From the sequence record DRR378314_581: a stretch of DNA of 41,211 nucleotides; one strand, given 5' to 3'. The notes under the pieces were generated by a model. The model made no database searches and was not told where the DNA came from. It saw only the letters and a program-made list of their open reading frames with translations. Positions 1 through 10,318 of the stretch are shown here, piece by piece. Position 1 is the stretch's first letter. Each line of letters opens with the position of its first letter. Both the position numbers and the translations under genes were made by a program.

Positions 1-17
1 GTTTTGGATAAAAACTT

Positions 18-25
18 TATTTTTG
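18..25 (+). promoter_or_regulatory. Bacteroidota sigma70-type -7 element (TAnnTTTG) upstream of the TPR-ribH operon
   Basis: TATTTTTG 20 nt before the ATG at 46; the -33 position would lie before the window start. Confidence 0.55.
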
Positions 26-45
26 CGCGACCAATTAAATGACGG

Positions 46-807
46 ATGGCAACATACAAGAAGAGAGGCTTTAAGCCAAAAAATAAGGAAGAGGAAGCTA
101 AGTTAGAAGAACACGACAGCACAACAGCTGAAGTTTTCAACACTTTGGACGAAGGCGCTTCCAAAACCGAAGAGTGGGTTCAGAAGAACCAAAACTACAT
201 TTTGGGCGTTATTGGTGTAATTGCCGTGGGTGTTTTGGCCTACCTGGGTTACCACCAATTCATTCAGAACCCGAAAGAAGCTGCTGCAGCAAACGAACTT
301 TTTTATCCACAACAATATTTTGATCAAGCTCTGGCAAGTGAAACTGAGAAGGATTCTTTGTTCACATTGGCATTGAACGGCGCCCAAGGTAAATATGGTT
401 TCTTGGACATTATCGAGGAATACAGTGGCACCAAAGCAGCCAACTTGGCCCAGTATTCTGCAGGAATGACCTATTTGAATTTGAAGCAATATGATCAGGC
501 TGTTGCTCATTTGGAGGACTTTTCTTCGGATGATGACATTATGGGAGCTATGGCCAAAGGTGGAATTGGAGATGCTTTTTCTCAATTAAACCAACCTGAA
601 GATGCTTTGGACTACTACGAAAAAGCCATTGCACATAGTGATAATGAGTTTACCGCACCAAGATTTTTGCACAAAGCAGGTGTGATTGCCTTGGAACTTG
701 GGGAAAAAAGTAAAGCTTTTGGGTACTTTGAGCGAATCAAAGAAGAATATCCCAACTCACAAGAAGCCAATGGTGTTGAAGCCCTAATTGGATTGGCGCA
801 AAACTAA
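46..807 (+). CDS. Membrane-anchored tetratricopeptide repeat protein (YfgM-like)
   Basis: 253 aa; single TM helix (ILGVIGVIAVGVLAYLGY) followed by TPR-like helices (AQYSAGMTYLNLKQYDQAVAHL, ALDYYEKAI). Confidence 0.8.
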   Translation: MATYKKRGFKPKNKEEEAKLEEHDSTTAEVFNTLDEGASKTEEWVQKNQNYILGVIGVIAVGVLAYLGYHQFIQNPKEAAAANELFYPQQYFDQALASETEKDSLFTLALNGAQGKYGFLDIIEEYSGTKAANLAQYSAGMTYLNLKQYDQAVAHLEDFSSDDDIMGAMAKGGIGDAFSQLNQPEDALDYYEKAIAHSDNEFTAPRFLHKAGVIALELGEKSKAFGYFERIKEEYPNSQEANGVEALIGLAQN

Positions 808-810
808 AAG

Positions 811-1293
811 ATGGCCACAGAGAACAAAAACTTATCCATTTACGATAAAAACAAAATCCCAAACGCGAAAAACCTTCGGTTTGGGATTGTTGTTTCTGAA
901 TGGAACGGGGAAATCACTGAAGCGCTTTACCAAGGTGCCGAAGAAGCCCTTTTGGATTGCGGGGCACTTCCTGAAAATGTGCTTCGATGGAACGTACCGG
1001 GTAGTTTTGAACTGACTTTCGGTTGCAAAAAAATGATTCAAACGGAAAAGGTTGACGCCATTGTTGCTATTGGCAGCGTTATCCGTGGCGAAACAAGTCA
1101 TTTTGATTTTGTTTGCAGCGCCACCGCACAAGGCATAAAAGACTTGAACGTTGCGTATGATGTTCCCGTTATTTTCTGTGTATTGACAGATGATAACATT
1201 GAGCAGTCTAGGGCCAGGAGTGGGGGCAAGCACGGCAACAAAGGAACCGAAGCGGCCATTGCCGCCATACAAATGGCGGTTCTGGGGAAATAA
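811..1293 (+). CDS. ribH: 6,7-dimethyl-8-ribityllumazine synthase
   Basis: Motifs IVVSEWN, VPGSFEL, GSVIRGETSHFDFV, GNKGTEAA. Confidence 0.97.
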   Translation: MATENKNLSIYDKNKIPNAKNLRFGIVVSEWNGEITEALYQGAEEALLDCGALPENVLRWNVPGSFELTFGCKKMIQTEKVDAIVAIGSVIRGETSHFDFVCSATAQGIKDLNVAYDVPVIFCVLTDDNIEQSRARSGGKHGNKGTEAAIAAIQMAVLGK

Positions 1294-1414
1294 GCTCAAG
1301 TGTCAAGGACAAGTTCGATAACTCTAACAATCCACTTATCCAATAATTCACGTCTCTAGTATAGCTGTTAACATTTTTTGGGACAAACGTCGAACCCTTT
1401 TTTTCTATTTTAAG

Positions 1415-1422
1415 TACCTTTG
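1415..1422 (+). promoter_or_regulatory. -7 promoter element (TAnnTTTG) upstream of the mutL operon
   Basis: TACCTTTG 22 nt before the ATG at 1445. Confidence 0.5.
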
Positions 1423-1444
1423 AGGTTACAGCGATAAGGATACC

Positions 1445-1729
1445 ATGCGAAACCCTTTAAAACTTAGGAAAAATAAGAGCTTCGATTACTCCCCCAGATA
1501 TTACAAGGGAGAAGGGAATCCTTATAAAATTGAGCACAAGCTTGATAAATTTCGAACTACGGCACATTCCAACAAAGGGCTAAAGAACAAGTTTACCTCT
1601 GCAATGGATGATTTACAGACCGAAGGAGATAAAAATTTGAAACTTCGTTTTTGGATCATTGTGGCCGTTTTGCTGTTGCTGTTCTTGTTTATCATCGATT
1701 TTGATCTATCAATATTCCTGAATCCATAA
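1445..1729 (+). CDS. Small basic protein with a C-terminal transmembrane helix, function unknown
   Basis: 94 aa; FDYSPRYY motif and hydrophobic C-terminus; stop overlaps the mutL start (TAATG). Confidence 0.75.
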   Translation: MRNPLKLRKNKSFDYSPRYYKGEGNPYKIEHKLDKFRTTAHSNKGLKNKFTSAMDDLQTEGDKNLKLRFWIIVAVLLLLFLFIIDFDLSIFLNP

Positions 1730-3579
1730 TGGCGGATATTATTAAACTTCTACCGGACCATGTCGCTAACCAAATAGCAGCAGGGGAGGTGGTCCAACGG
1801 CCCGCTTCCGTAGTAAAGGAGCTAATGGAAAATGCCATAGATGCAGGTTCAACTTCTATAAAACTTATTGTTAAGGATGGTGGTAAAACGCTCATACAAG
1901 TGGTTGATGATGGTTTAGGGATGAGCGAAACAGATGCTCGGTTGTCTTTTGAGCGTCATGCCACCTCAAAAATATCATCCGCACAGGACTTGTTCAATCT
2001 GCAAACCAAAGGTTTTCGAGGCGAGGCATTAGCGTCCATTGCCGCAATTGCTCATGTTGATATGCAAACACGAACTGCTGACAACGAAGTGGGGACACAT
2101 CTTAAAATTGAAGGCAGCAAGATTGTCTCCCAAGATGTGGTGGCTACACCGAAGGGAACCTCCATTTCCGTTAAAAACCTATTTTTCAATATACCGGCCA
2201 GGCGAAATTTTTTAAAGTCGAACCAAGTAGAGCTTCGTCATATTACAGATGAATTCCATCGTGTGGCCATGGTTCACCCGAGTATTGAGTTTCATTTTTA
2301 CAATAATGGTGCTGAGATTTTCAATCTGCCCAGCACAAAACATCGTCAGCGCATTGTTCACATTTTTGGTAGTAAAATGGAGCATCGATTGGTGCCCGTT
2401 AACGAAGAGACCGATGTGGTGAAAGTTTCCGGATTTATATGCAAGCCCGAGTTTGCCAAAAAGAGCAGGGGAGAGCAATTCTTTTTTGCCAATAACCGAT
2501 TCATTAAAAGCCCGTATTTACACCACGCAGTGGTCGCTGCTTTTGAAGGGTTGATAAAATCCGACACATATCCTGGATATTTTTTGTTTTTGGATGTGGA
2601 CCCATCCTCTATCGATATCAACATTCACCCCACCAAAACCGAGGTGAAGTTTGATGATGAAAACACGCTGTACGCTATTTTACGATCTACCATAAAGCAT
2701 AGCTTAGGGCAGTTCAATGTGGCCCCCGTATTGGATTTTGACCATGACCCCAACTTGGATACGCCATATTCTTACAAAGAAAAAGGTGCAGTTTTGCCCA
2801 AAGTAACGGTGGACAGCACGTTTAATCCTTTTGAGGAAAAAACGCCAAGCAAGGGCACTGGAAGAGGTAATTTGCACAAACAAAGCACCAAAGGCTGGGA
2901 AGATTTGTACGAAGGTCTTGGCAACCAAAATGACAACCAAGAGTTCAGTAGCGTCGTCATAGAATCCGAGAGCGAGGAACAAGGGACCTTGTATTCAGGT
3001 GAAGGTATTGAAGATCATTTGGCGAGCACTTTTCAGCTGCGAAGAAAATATGTGGTGAGCACGGTTAAATCGGGAATGTTGGTCATCCATCAAAATAGAG
3101 CGCACGAACGCGTTCTATTTGAGAAATTTTTGGGTGAAATTACTGTCAAAGAAGGGGTAAGTCAACAATTGCTGTTTCCTTTGGAACTGACTTTCAACAA
3201 ACAAGAGTTGGCCGTTCTCAAGGAGATAAAGGAAAGCCTGACAAATATTGGATTTGCTTTCCAGAGTTTGGAGGAAGAAACTGTAAAAGTGACAGGCGTG
3301 CCCATGATGGTCCCCGAAAGCGGAATTGGCACGGTATTGGATCGCTTAATTGCAGATTATATGGAGGGTTACTCCGATGGTTCCATTTCACAGGCCGAAT
3401 TGTTGGCCAAGGCATTGAGTAGGAATTTGGCCGTAAGAACAGGGGATGTACTGGACCAAGAATCGCAATTGATCTTGGTAAATAATCTTTTTGCCTGCAA
3501 AGAGCCTAACTTAAGCCCTTTTCAAAAAATAACGTATACCATTATCTCCGAGGGGGATATTGATAAAAAATTCAATTAA
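1729..3579 (+). CDS. mutL: DNA mismatch repair protein MutL
   Basis: NQIAAGEVVQRPASVVKELMENAIDAG, GFRGEALASI, DINIHPTKTEV. Confidence 0.97.
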   Translation: MADIIKLLPDHVANQIAAGEVVQRPASVVKELMENAIDAGSTSIKLIVKDGGKTLIQVVDDGLGMSETDARLSFERHATSKISSAQDLFNLQTKGFRGEALASIAAIAHVDMQTRTADNEVGTHLKIEGSKIVSQDVVATPKGTSISVKNLFFNIPARRNFLKSNQVELRHITDEFHRVAMVHPSIEFHFYNNGAEIFNLPSTKHRQRIVHIFGSKMEHRLVPVNEETDVVKVSGFICKPEFAKKSRGEQFFFANNRFIKSPYLHHAVVAAFEGLIKSDTYPGYFLFLDVDPSSIDINIHPTKTEVKFDDENTLYAILRSTIKHSLGQFNVAPVLDFDHDPNLDTPYSYKEKGAVLPKVTVDSTFNPFEEKTPSKGTGRGNLHKQSTKGWEDLYEGLGNQNDNQEFSSVVIESESEEQGTLYSGEGIEDHLASTFQLRRKYVVSTVKSGMLVIHQNRAHERVLFEKFLGEITVKEGVSQQLLFPLELTFNKQELAVLKEIKESLTNIGFAFQSLEEETVKVTGVPMMVPESGIGTVLDRLIADYMEGYSDGSISQAELLAKALSRNLAVRTGDVLDQESQLILVNNLFACKEPNLSPFQKITYTIISEGDIDKKFN

Positions 3580-4314
3580 ATGGGTAGACTTACCGAGGCA
3601 GTAAAACATATACTGATCATTAATGTGATCATGTTTATTGCTACAAGCTTATATGGAGATCAGATGTACCAGTGGATGTCGCTCTGGTTTCCCAAAAACC
3701 CCAATTTTGAATGGTGGCAGGTCGTTACCCACATGTTTATGCATGGAAACTTTATGCATATTCTTTTTAATATGTATGCGCTTTGGGCTTTTGGTACGCC
3801 ATTGGAGCGTATTTGGGGCAAGAACAAGTTTCTGTTCTTCTATTTTTCTGCGGGATTGGGTTCTGCAGCGTTGCACACGGGGGTAAATTATTTTCTTTTC
3901 AACGAAGGAATGAGTGCTTTGGAAGGTGCGGGAATTGCCCGTACACAGATTTTGGATATTTTGGCAAACGGGCAATATAGTCCTGGATGGTATGATATTG
4001 TTGGAAAAAGTACCGTAGATAGTATGTTAACGGCTTTCAACACCCCGGCGGTTGGGGCCTCGGGAGCTATTTATGGTATTTTGGTGGCTTTTGCATTTAT
4101 GTATTCGGAGGCAAAACTGATGCTTATTTTTTTACCAGTACCTATAAAGGCTAAATACTTTGTACCGATTCTAATTGCGGTCGACCTTATTTTCGGGATA
4201 GGAAATGTGAATACAGGGGTAGCGCATTTTGCACACATAGGTGGGGCTTTGATTGGTTTTATAATGATGTGGTACTGGAAAAAGAACCAGTTCAACAATA
4301 ATCGATGGGATTAA
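3580..4314 (+). CDS. Rhomboid family intramembrane serine protease
   Basis: HMFMHGNFMHILFNM, catalytic GASG, HFAHIGG. Confidence 0.92.
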   Translation: MGRLTEAVKHILIINVIMFIATSLYGDQMYQWMSLWFPKNPNFEWWQVVTHMFMHGNFMHILFNMYALWAFGTPLERIWGKNKFLFFYFSAGLGSAALHTGVNYFLFNEGMSALEGAGIARTQILDILANGQYSPGWYDIVGKSTVDSMLTAFNTPAVGASGAIYGILVAFAFMYSEAKLMLIFLPVPIKAKYFVPILIAVDLIFGIGNVNTGVAHFAHIGGALIGFIMMWYWKKNQFNNNRWD

Positions 4315-4317
4315 CTT

Positions 4318-5181
4318 ATGATGAACGGAGGACTTCGATATCAATTTGCCAGGCTTAGCATAGCCGAAAAACTGATCGCCATCAATGTGCTTATTTTCTT
4401 GATTGATGGACTCTCTGGTGCATTGCTGGGGCAGTCGTTTTCCCATTGGTTCCATTTGCCCAAGGATTTTTTCGAGTTTTTGGCTCAGCCATGGTCTTTG
4501 GTTACGTACTCTTTCTTTCATGCAGGTTTCGGTCATATTTTTTGGAATATGCTGGTGCTTTACTTTTCCAGTCGAATCTTTTTGAACCTTTTTGATGCCC
4601 AACGCTTTATCAACGTCTACTTTTTAGGTTTGATGTTGGGCGGATTGGTATTTCTGCTCAGCTATAATGTATTTCCGACTTTGGTCAACTCAAAAACTGC
4701 ATTGATCGGAGCATCCGCAGGTGTGAACGCCGTACTTATTTTTGTTTGTGCCTATATTCCCAACCAAGAAGTTCGTGTTGTTTTCTTCAACATCAAACTA
4801 TGGTATATTGGTGTGGCTTTGGTGATCAAGGATTTAGTGCTGATTGGTATGGGAGACAACATTGGTGGTGGAATGGCCCATTTGGGCGGAGCATTTTTGG
4901 GATATATGTATGCTCGACAGTTATTTAAGGGCAATGACATAGGTGCTGGTTTCACCAAAATGAGAAATTCAATAGTAGACCTTTTTAAACCTAGAGAGAA
5001 GAAGGCACCTTTAAAGACCGTCTACAAGAAAAAAGCTGCAGCAAAAAGTAAGGAAGATTACGATAAACAGGCCAAACAGCGCAAAATTGACACGATTCTG
5101 GATAAAATAAGCAAGTCCGGTTATGAAAGCTTGTCCAAGGAAGAAAAAGACTTTTTGTTTAAAGCGGGTAAGGAAGACTGA
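4318..5181 (+). CDS. Rhomboid family intramembrane serine protease with a C-terminal helical extension
   Basis: HAGFGHIFWNM, GASAG, AHLGG; C-terminal IDTILDKISKSGYESLSKEEK. Confidence 0.9.
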   Translation: MMNGGLRYQFARLSIAEKLIAINVLIFLIDGLSGALLGQSFSHWFHLPKDFFEFLAQPWSLVTYSFFHAGFGHIFWNMLVLYFSSRIFLNLFDAQRFINVYFLGLMLGGLVFLLSYNVFPTLVNSKTALIGASAGVNAVLIFVCAYIPNQEVRVVFFNIKLWYIGVALVIKDLVLIGMGDNIGGGMAHLGGAFLGYMYARQLFKGNDIGAGFTKMRNSIVDLFKPREKKAPLKTVYKKKAAAKSKEDYDKQAKQRKIDTILDKISKSGYESLSKEEKDFLFKAGKED

Positions 5182-5184
5182 TAG

Positions 5185-6222
5185 GTGAAGAAATCGACTT
5201 CTATATGGGATAGGGTAGTTTTTGGGGTCAATATGTTGATTGCATTCCTACTGGTTATTACGGGAATCATTTCTTTTTTACCATTTCCGTTTGTATCCTC
5301 CTTCTCTGTGTTAAGCTTGTTTGTACCTTTTTTATTTGCATTTAATTTGATGTTCCTTCTTTTTTGGCTGTTAAAACTAAATAGGAGACTCCTGCTTTCG
5401 TCCATAGCCATCATTGTGAGTTATGTTATGTTTGGTCCTTTTTATGGTTTGAATGGTGCAGATGAAGTTAAGGGAAAGACTTCTGACTTAAAGATTATGT
5501 CATATAATGCTTGGGGATTCAATAAGAATGGGTGGATAAAAAAACCTGGGATTGGGGATAGTATCGTAGAATTTATAACAGCGCAAAATCCAGACATTAT
5601 TTGTGTTCAGGAACACAGCAGAATACGATACAAACAATTGAAGAAGTATACCTACCGAAGTGAGACTCCTTACTCTGCACCAAGAACGATTCAAGCTATA
5701 TTTTCCAAATATCCGATTGTAAATAATGGTTCTTTGGATTTACCAGGCACTATAAATAATATTATTTATGCGGATATTGTCTTTCACAAGGATACTATAA
5801 GAGTATACAATCTTCATTTGCAATCTTTTAATATAGTGCCTAGTGCCGATAATTTTTCCGATGGTGAACAGTCGGAGAGAACATATAAGCGATTGGTCCA
5901 TACATTTTCTAAGCAGGTCGAGCAGGCAGAAATATTTAGGAATCATTTTAAAAACAGCCCCTACACTAATATTGTTTGTGGTGATTTTAATAACACGCAA
6001 TTTTCCAATGTTTACAAAATTGTAAATGAGGGTTTGCAGGATACTTTTCTTGAGAAGGGTAAAGGTTTTGGTCGTACCTATGATTTATGGAAAATCCCAC
6101 TGCGTATTGACTATATATTGGCAGACCCTGAGTTTGAAGTACTCTCTCATCACAATTATGATGAAAGACTGTCCGATCATTACCCCATAATGGCTACATT
6201 GAGGCTAAAATCACATCAGTAG
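5185..6222 (+). CDS. Membrane-anchored endonuclease/exonuclease/phosphatase (EEP) family protein
   Basis: N-terminal TM helices; MSYN, DIICVQE, CGDFN, RIDYI, SDHYP motifs; GTG start (alternative ATG at 5233). Confidence 0.9.
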   Translation: MKKSTSIWDRVVFGVNMLIAFLLVITGIISFLPFPFVSSFSVLSLFVPFLFAFNLMFLLFWLLKLNRRLLLSSIAIIVSYVMFGPFYGLNGADEVKGKTSDLKIMSYNAWGFNKNGWIKKPGIGDSIVEFITAQNPDIICVQEHSRIRYKQLKKYTYRSETPYSAPRTIQAIFSKYPIVNNGSLDLPGTINNIIYADIVFHKDTIRVYNLHLQSFNIVPSADNFSDGEQSERTYKRLVHTFSKQVEQAEIFRNHFKNSPYTNIVCGDFNNTQFSNVYKIVNEGLQDTFLEKGKGFGRTYDLWKIPLRIDYILADPEFEVLSHHNYDERLSDHYPIMATLRLKSHQ

Positions 6223-6519
6223 GCAATCCACGGAATCTGCGATAATGTGGATGATCAAGGCTAATCCCACAATTCTAGTTGGTTTTATGAACAGCAACAA
6301 ACTGTATATTGCAATCGCCCAATAGCGGTGCAGTAAGTGAAAACCAATGCTGCAACGGTCGGCGTCGAAAAGTGGCGTGGCCCACAGATGATCTATATCA
6401 ATAACAATTCCCGCGAGCAAAATCAAAGCCACCTTGACTCGATTGTCCTTAAAAAAGCAAACGGCGATCAAAATAGGGATTAAAAAGTGTATGCCGTAAT
6501 GGAGTAGATGCCTAAGCAT
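6211..6519 (-). CDS. Small membrane protein (DUF6122-like)
   Basis: 102 aa hydrophobic; HYGIHF, IDIDHL, RCSIGFHLLH; overlaps both neighbours. Confidence 0.7.
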   Translation of the reverse strand: MLRHLLHYGIHFLIPILIAVCFFKDNRVKVALILLAGIVIDIDHLWATPLFDADRCSIGFHLLHRYWAIAIYSLLLFIKPTRIVGLALIIHIIADSVDCLLM

Positions 6520-7144
6520 GTTTTAAATCCAAAGATAGACTTTTTAGGTAGTTGAGCGTGTTGGTGCCCTCGTTGAACAAAAGATCTAAGACACTTAAAT
6601 CGGGTATGAATCCGTGTCGTTCCTCAAAAACTTGGGTGTAAGGTTCGATGTTCCAGTCTTTTTCCTTTTTGGCCTCCACCAAAAAGCGGGTATCAAAATA
6701 GGTTATTGGTTCAACTTCGTACTTTTTAGTTTTTTCTGTTGGAATCTCTATTCCGATACAAGCCGCAACCGCTTCAATGGTTTTTAGATTGAATTCATAA
6801 AGCGAATTTTGGCTTCCCACATAAAGAGGTCTCAATTCATCTTCATAGAACTCAAAAAAAGGGGAGGTCCTATACGCGGTTTCCAAGGTACGCCAATGCT
6901 CTTTTTTCCAATTGTAACTGTTTTCGGTGCGCACATCAATATATTTTTGACGTCCTTCTTTTTCCCCTGTGTGTTTAATGGGGATATTGAGCATGTGTTT
7001 GCCCTTGTCCGTTGAAATATAGCACCGATTGCGATACGTCTGCTTTTGAAAATTATCACAAGCCTCCCATATAACATCGTGCTGCACCATGGCAGCAAAA
7101 GTGGCAATGCTTGGAAAATATGTAGGGTGGAGCAGTATTTTCAA
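6512..7144 (-). CDS. WbqC family protein
   Basis: HPTYFP, FQKQTYRNRC, AYRTSPFFEFYE, LSVLDLLFNEG; TTG start. Confidence 0.85.
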   Translation of the reverse strand: MKILLHPTYFPSIATFAAMVQHDVIWEACDNFQKQTYRNRCYISTDKGKHMLNIPIKHTGEKEGRQKYIDVRTENSYNWKKEHWRTLETAYRTSPFFEFYEDELRPLYVGSQNSLYEFNLKTIEAVAACIGIEIPTEKTKKYEVEPITYFDTRFLVEAKKEKDWNIEPYTQVFEERHGFIPDLSVLDLLFNEGTNTLNYLKSLSLDLKHA

Positions 7145-7168
7145 AGAACACTACAGTTTACGGTTAAT

Positions 7169-8908
7169 CTAAGCTTTGTTCTTTTTTCTCTTGCGCAGGA
7201 AATCAAAAATAAACCACCCCGCCAACAATGCGATAAAGTACCAAAAGTACGACACGGGTTCACCACTACCCCCAACGGTAGTAAATACACGGTCCCAACG
7301 AACCCTCCAATTGGCGATGCCTTGTCTAAAGTTGTCAAAACTCATCCAAAGAAATACCGGTTTGCCCACAATGTGGTCGGCGGGAACATAGCCCCAAGTT
7401 CTGCTGTCCTCGGAATGGTCGCGGTTGTCTCCCATCATCCAATAATAGTCTTGCTTAAATGTGTAGGAACTGACTTCCTCACCGTTAACGAGTACTTTGT
7501 TCCTGGTAACTTTTACGTCGTTGTGCTCATAATCGCGGATGATTTTTTTGTACAGCGGAATAGTTCTTGAATTGATTTCTACAGTTGCTCCCGCTTTTGG
7601 AATATAAATGGGTCCAAAGTTATCGTTGTTCCAGGGGTAAAGGTTGGGTTTTTGAGGAAATGCCCCACCATATTGCCCTTTCGGTTCGATGGTTTGTACT
7701 ACAGAATCAATCGCAGGATTGTTTCTTAAGGACGAGACCATATCATGGGTTAGGTTGGCCATGCGAGAACGGGGTTTTTCCTCGGACAACGAAAGTCGCA
7801 ATTGGCGAATTACATCGGTTGGAATGCCATTTTCCTGTGTGTAAAGCTCAATTTTTCCATTGTCAGTTGGTCTTGCACCAGAAATATAAGGAGCCAATCC
7901 ATTATATTGGGATTCGTTGATATTGGATGCTATGTATTTTCGAACGTAGTCAGAGGCATCAACCTCTTCCAAGTATTTACTGGAAACTCCATTTTGGGCA
8001 TAAATATCATATACATACATGGGTTTTGCCCTATCCGATAGTATGAGTTGTTCCCCGTTGATGTAAACATACCCATTGATAACTTCGAGAGAATCCCCAG
8101 GAGTTCCCACACATCGTTTTACGTAGTTTGATTTTTTATCGATGGGTTTTATTACGGCTTTTTGGGCTTTGAAGAACTGATACAAAGTATCAGCCGGCAA
8201 GCTGAATACCACAATGTCGTTTTTCTCTACCTTTTCAAAACCGGGCAAACGCATATAGGGTAGTTGCAATTTGTTTATCCAGGAAGTTTTATGGGTTTCT
8301 GGGTCTACGTCCGCCAAATATGACCTTGTTTTTAACACGGGAAGCGTATCATGAACCATAGGCGCGGCCAATGTGGTCATAGGTACTCGTGCACCAAAAT
8401 GGAATTTGCTCACAAACAAAAAGTCACCAACACGCAAGGTACGTTCCAGCGAACCTGTTGGAATCACGTAGGGTTGAATGAAGTAGGTGTGTACAAAAGT
8501 GGCGGCGACAATGGCAAACACAATGGAACTCACCCATTCGCCCAATCCCGTTTTTGGTTTTAGGCTGCGGTCTTCAATATATTGTACATCTTCGGCATAA
8601 TTGATGTAATATATGTAAAGACCAAGTGTAAGGATGACCAACCAAGTATCTACAAGCGAGTTCTTTCCAAAACTGCGGATGGTTTCCACCCAAACCACGG
8701 GGAACATCAATAAATTGATGATAGGGATGAACAACAACAGCACCCACCACCATGGTCTATTAATGATTTTCATCAAAACAATGCCATTGTAAACAGGTAT
8801 GGCGGCTTCCCATGCTTTTCTGCCTGCCTTAACGTAGAGTTTCCAAGTTCCCAAGAAATGGATAACTTGAATGATCAGGATAAAAATGATCCATTGTATA
8901 CCGTCCAT
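7169..8908 (-). CDS. lepB: Signal peptidase I with extra N-terminal membrane domain
   Basis: IPTGSLERTL (catalytic Ser), YVKRCVGTPGD (catalytic Lys), MMGDNRDHSEDSR. Confidence 0.95.
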   Translation of the reverse strand: MDGIQWIIFILIIQVIHFLGTWKLYVKAGRKAWEAAIPVYNGIVLMKIINRPWWWVLLLFIPIINLLMFPVVWVETIRSFGKNSLVDTWLVILTLGLYIYYINYAEDVQYIEDRSLKPKTGLGEWVSSIVFAIVAATFVHTYFIQPYVIPTGSLERTLRVGDFLFVSKFHFGARVPMTTLAAPMVHDTLPVLKTRSYLADVDPETHKTSWINKLQLPYMRLPGFEKVEKNDIVVFSLPADTLYQFFKAQKAVIKPIDKKSNYVKRCVGTPGDSLEVINGYVYINGEQLILSDRAKPMYVYDIYAQNGVSSKYLEEVDASDYVRKYIASNINESQYNGLAPYISGARPTDNGKIELYTQENGIPTDVIRQLRLSLSEEKPRSRMANLTHDMVSSLRNNPAIDSVVQTIEPKGQYGGAFPQKPNLYPWNNDNFGPIYIPKAGATVEINSRTIPLYKKIIRDYEHNDVKVTRNKVLVNGEEVSSYTFKQDYYWMMGDNRDHSEDSRTWGYVPADHIVGKPVFLWMSFDNFRQGIANWRVRWDRVFTTVGGSGEPVSYFWYFIALLAGWFIFDFLRKRKKNKA

Positions 8909-8956
8909 ATAAAAAGTTTCTTTGTTAGACCCTTGGTCTACATTGTTGTTACGTTT

Positions 8957-9658
8957 TTAGCTTAGGTTTAACACATCTTTCATAGAGAAAATACCTGTTT
9001 TTCCTTGTATCCATTCCGATGCTATGACAGCTCCAAGGGCAAAACCCTCCCTGTTGTGTGCTTCGTGTTTTATTTCGATGGTGTCCACGGGACTTCCATA
9101 GGCGATGCTATGCGTTCCCGGTACCGTACCTTCCCTTATGGATTTTATTGGGATGATTTTGTCTCCAGATTTGTCCAATTCCCACTTTTCGTAGGGTGTG
9201 TTTTCAATAATGCCTTCAGCCAAGGTTATGGCTGTTCCACTTGGAGCGTCCAGTTTTTGGGTATGATGGATTTCTTCCATACCAACTTTGTATTGTTCCA
9301 ACCCGGCCATCATTTTGGCTAGATGTTTATTGAGTTCAAAGAAAATATTTACGCCCAAACTAAAGTTAGAGGCGTAGATGAAAGCACTTTTATGCTCTTC
9401 ACAAATGTTGACCGCTTCCGAAAATTTGTCCAACCATCCCGTGGTGCCACTAATCACGGGAACTTTGTTTTTAAAACAGTTGGTAATGTTATCAAAAGCA
9501 GCCTCTGGAGTGCTAAAATCAATAGCAACATCCATGGATGCATAATCCACATCCTGCGAAGGATTATCAATTTTTGCTACAAGGGTATGGCCTCTATCCT
9601 GAGCGATTCGCTCAATCATCTTTCCCATTTTGCCATATCCAAACAGACCAATTTTCAT
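8957..9658 (-). CDS. dapB: 4-hydroxy-tetrahydrodipicolinate reductase
   Basis: GYGKMG, IDFS, SGTTG, EEIHHTQKLDAPSGTA. Confidence 0.96.
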   Translation of the reverse strand: MKIGLFGYGKMGKMIERIAQDRGHTLVAKIDNPSQDVDYASMDVAIDFSTPEAAFDNITNCFKNKVPVISGTTGWLDKFSEAVNICEEHKSAFIYASNFSLGVNIFFELNKHLAKMMAGLEQYKVGMEEIHHTQKLDAPSGTAITLAEGIIENTPYEKWELDKSGDKIIPIKSIREGTVPGTHSIAYGSPVDTIEIKHEAHNREGFALGAVIASEWIQGKTGIFSMKDVLNLS

Positions 9659-9661
9659 ATA

Positions 9662-10318
9662 TCAAAACTTTATGACCATAGCCATCCCATAATTTGGCGA
9701 ATAGGTAAGGGGGTTTATATCTAAATAAGGTTTGAAGTCAACGGCCAGATCATCACTAACGTTGTATTGTTTTAAGTGAGAGTCCACATTGGCATCTATA
9801 ATGTTCAGGGCATAAAGGGCAATGGTAATGACCAAAGCCAAATCCCTATCCCGTTGTGTGTTTTCTTGAGCCTCCTGCAATGCTTCCGAAGATACATCGG
9901 GTCCGCTGCCATCACCGTTCAAGTCCCAAAATTCGTCATCTTCAAAACCAGCAAGTCGGCGCTTAAATGCATTTCTGGCCCTTCTGTACTCGGTGTTGTT
10001 ATAGGAATAGACATAAATGCCCGTTCCAATGGCTCCCCAAACTATGGGAGCTTTCCAGTAGCGTTTATTGTAAATTTGTCCCAAACCAGGAAGTATTGCC
10101 GAATAAAAGGCAGCTTTACTGGGTGCAAGAGGATTTATGTTCTCTTGTTTGGTGACATCTTCAAAAGTAACGCCTTCCCCTTCCATATTTTGTGCAATGG
10201 AATCCACCTCTGTGGTTTGCTGGGGCTGTTTTGTTTTTTCATTTTCCTCTTCTTCCTGAGAAAATCCTGAGTGAAACAACAAAAAGGCAAAGAACAATAA
10301 AAGGAGGTTTTTATTCAC
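9662..10318 (-). CDS. Exported/membrane protein (DUF5683-like)
   Basis: Signal peptide; PSKAAFYSAILPGLGQIYNKRYWK and NIIDANVDSHL; sits between parB and dapB; GTG start. Confidence 0.8.
   Translation of the reverse strand: MNKNLLLLFFAFLLFHSGFSQEEEENEKTKQPQQTTEVDSIAQNMEGEGVTFEDVTKQENINPLAPSKAAFYSAILPGLGQIYNKRYWKAPIVWGAIGTGIYVYSYNNTEYRRARNAFKRRLAGFEDDEFWDLNGDGSGPDVSSEALQEAQENTQRDRDLALVITIALYALNIIDANVDSHLKQYNVSDDLAVDFKPYLDINPLTYSPNYGMAMVIKF

Noticed and set aside
1445-1729. Possible riboflavin-pathway role for the small ORF after ribH
   Set aside because: No similarity to lumazine or riboflavin synthase motifs; it has its own -7 element and is coupled to mutL
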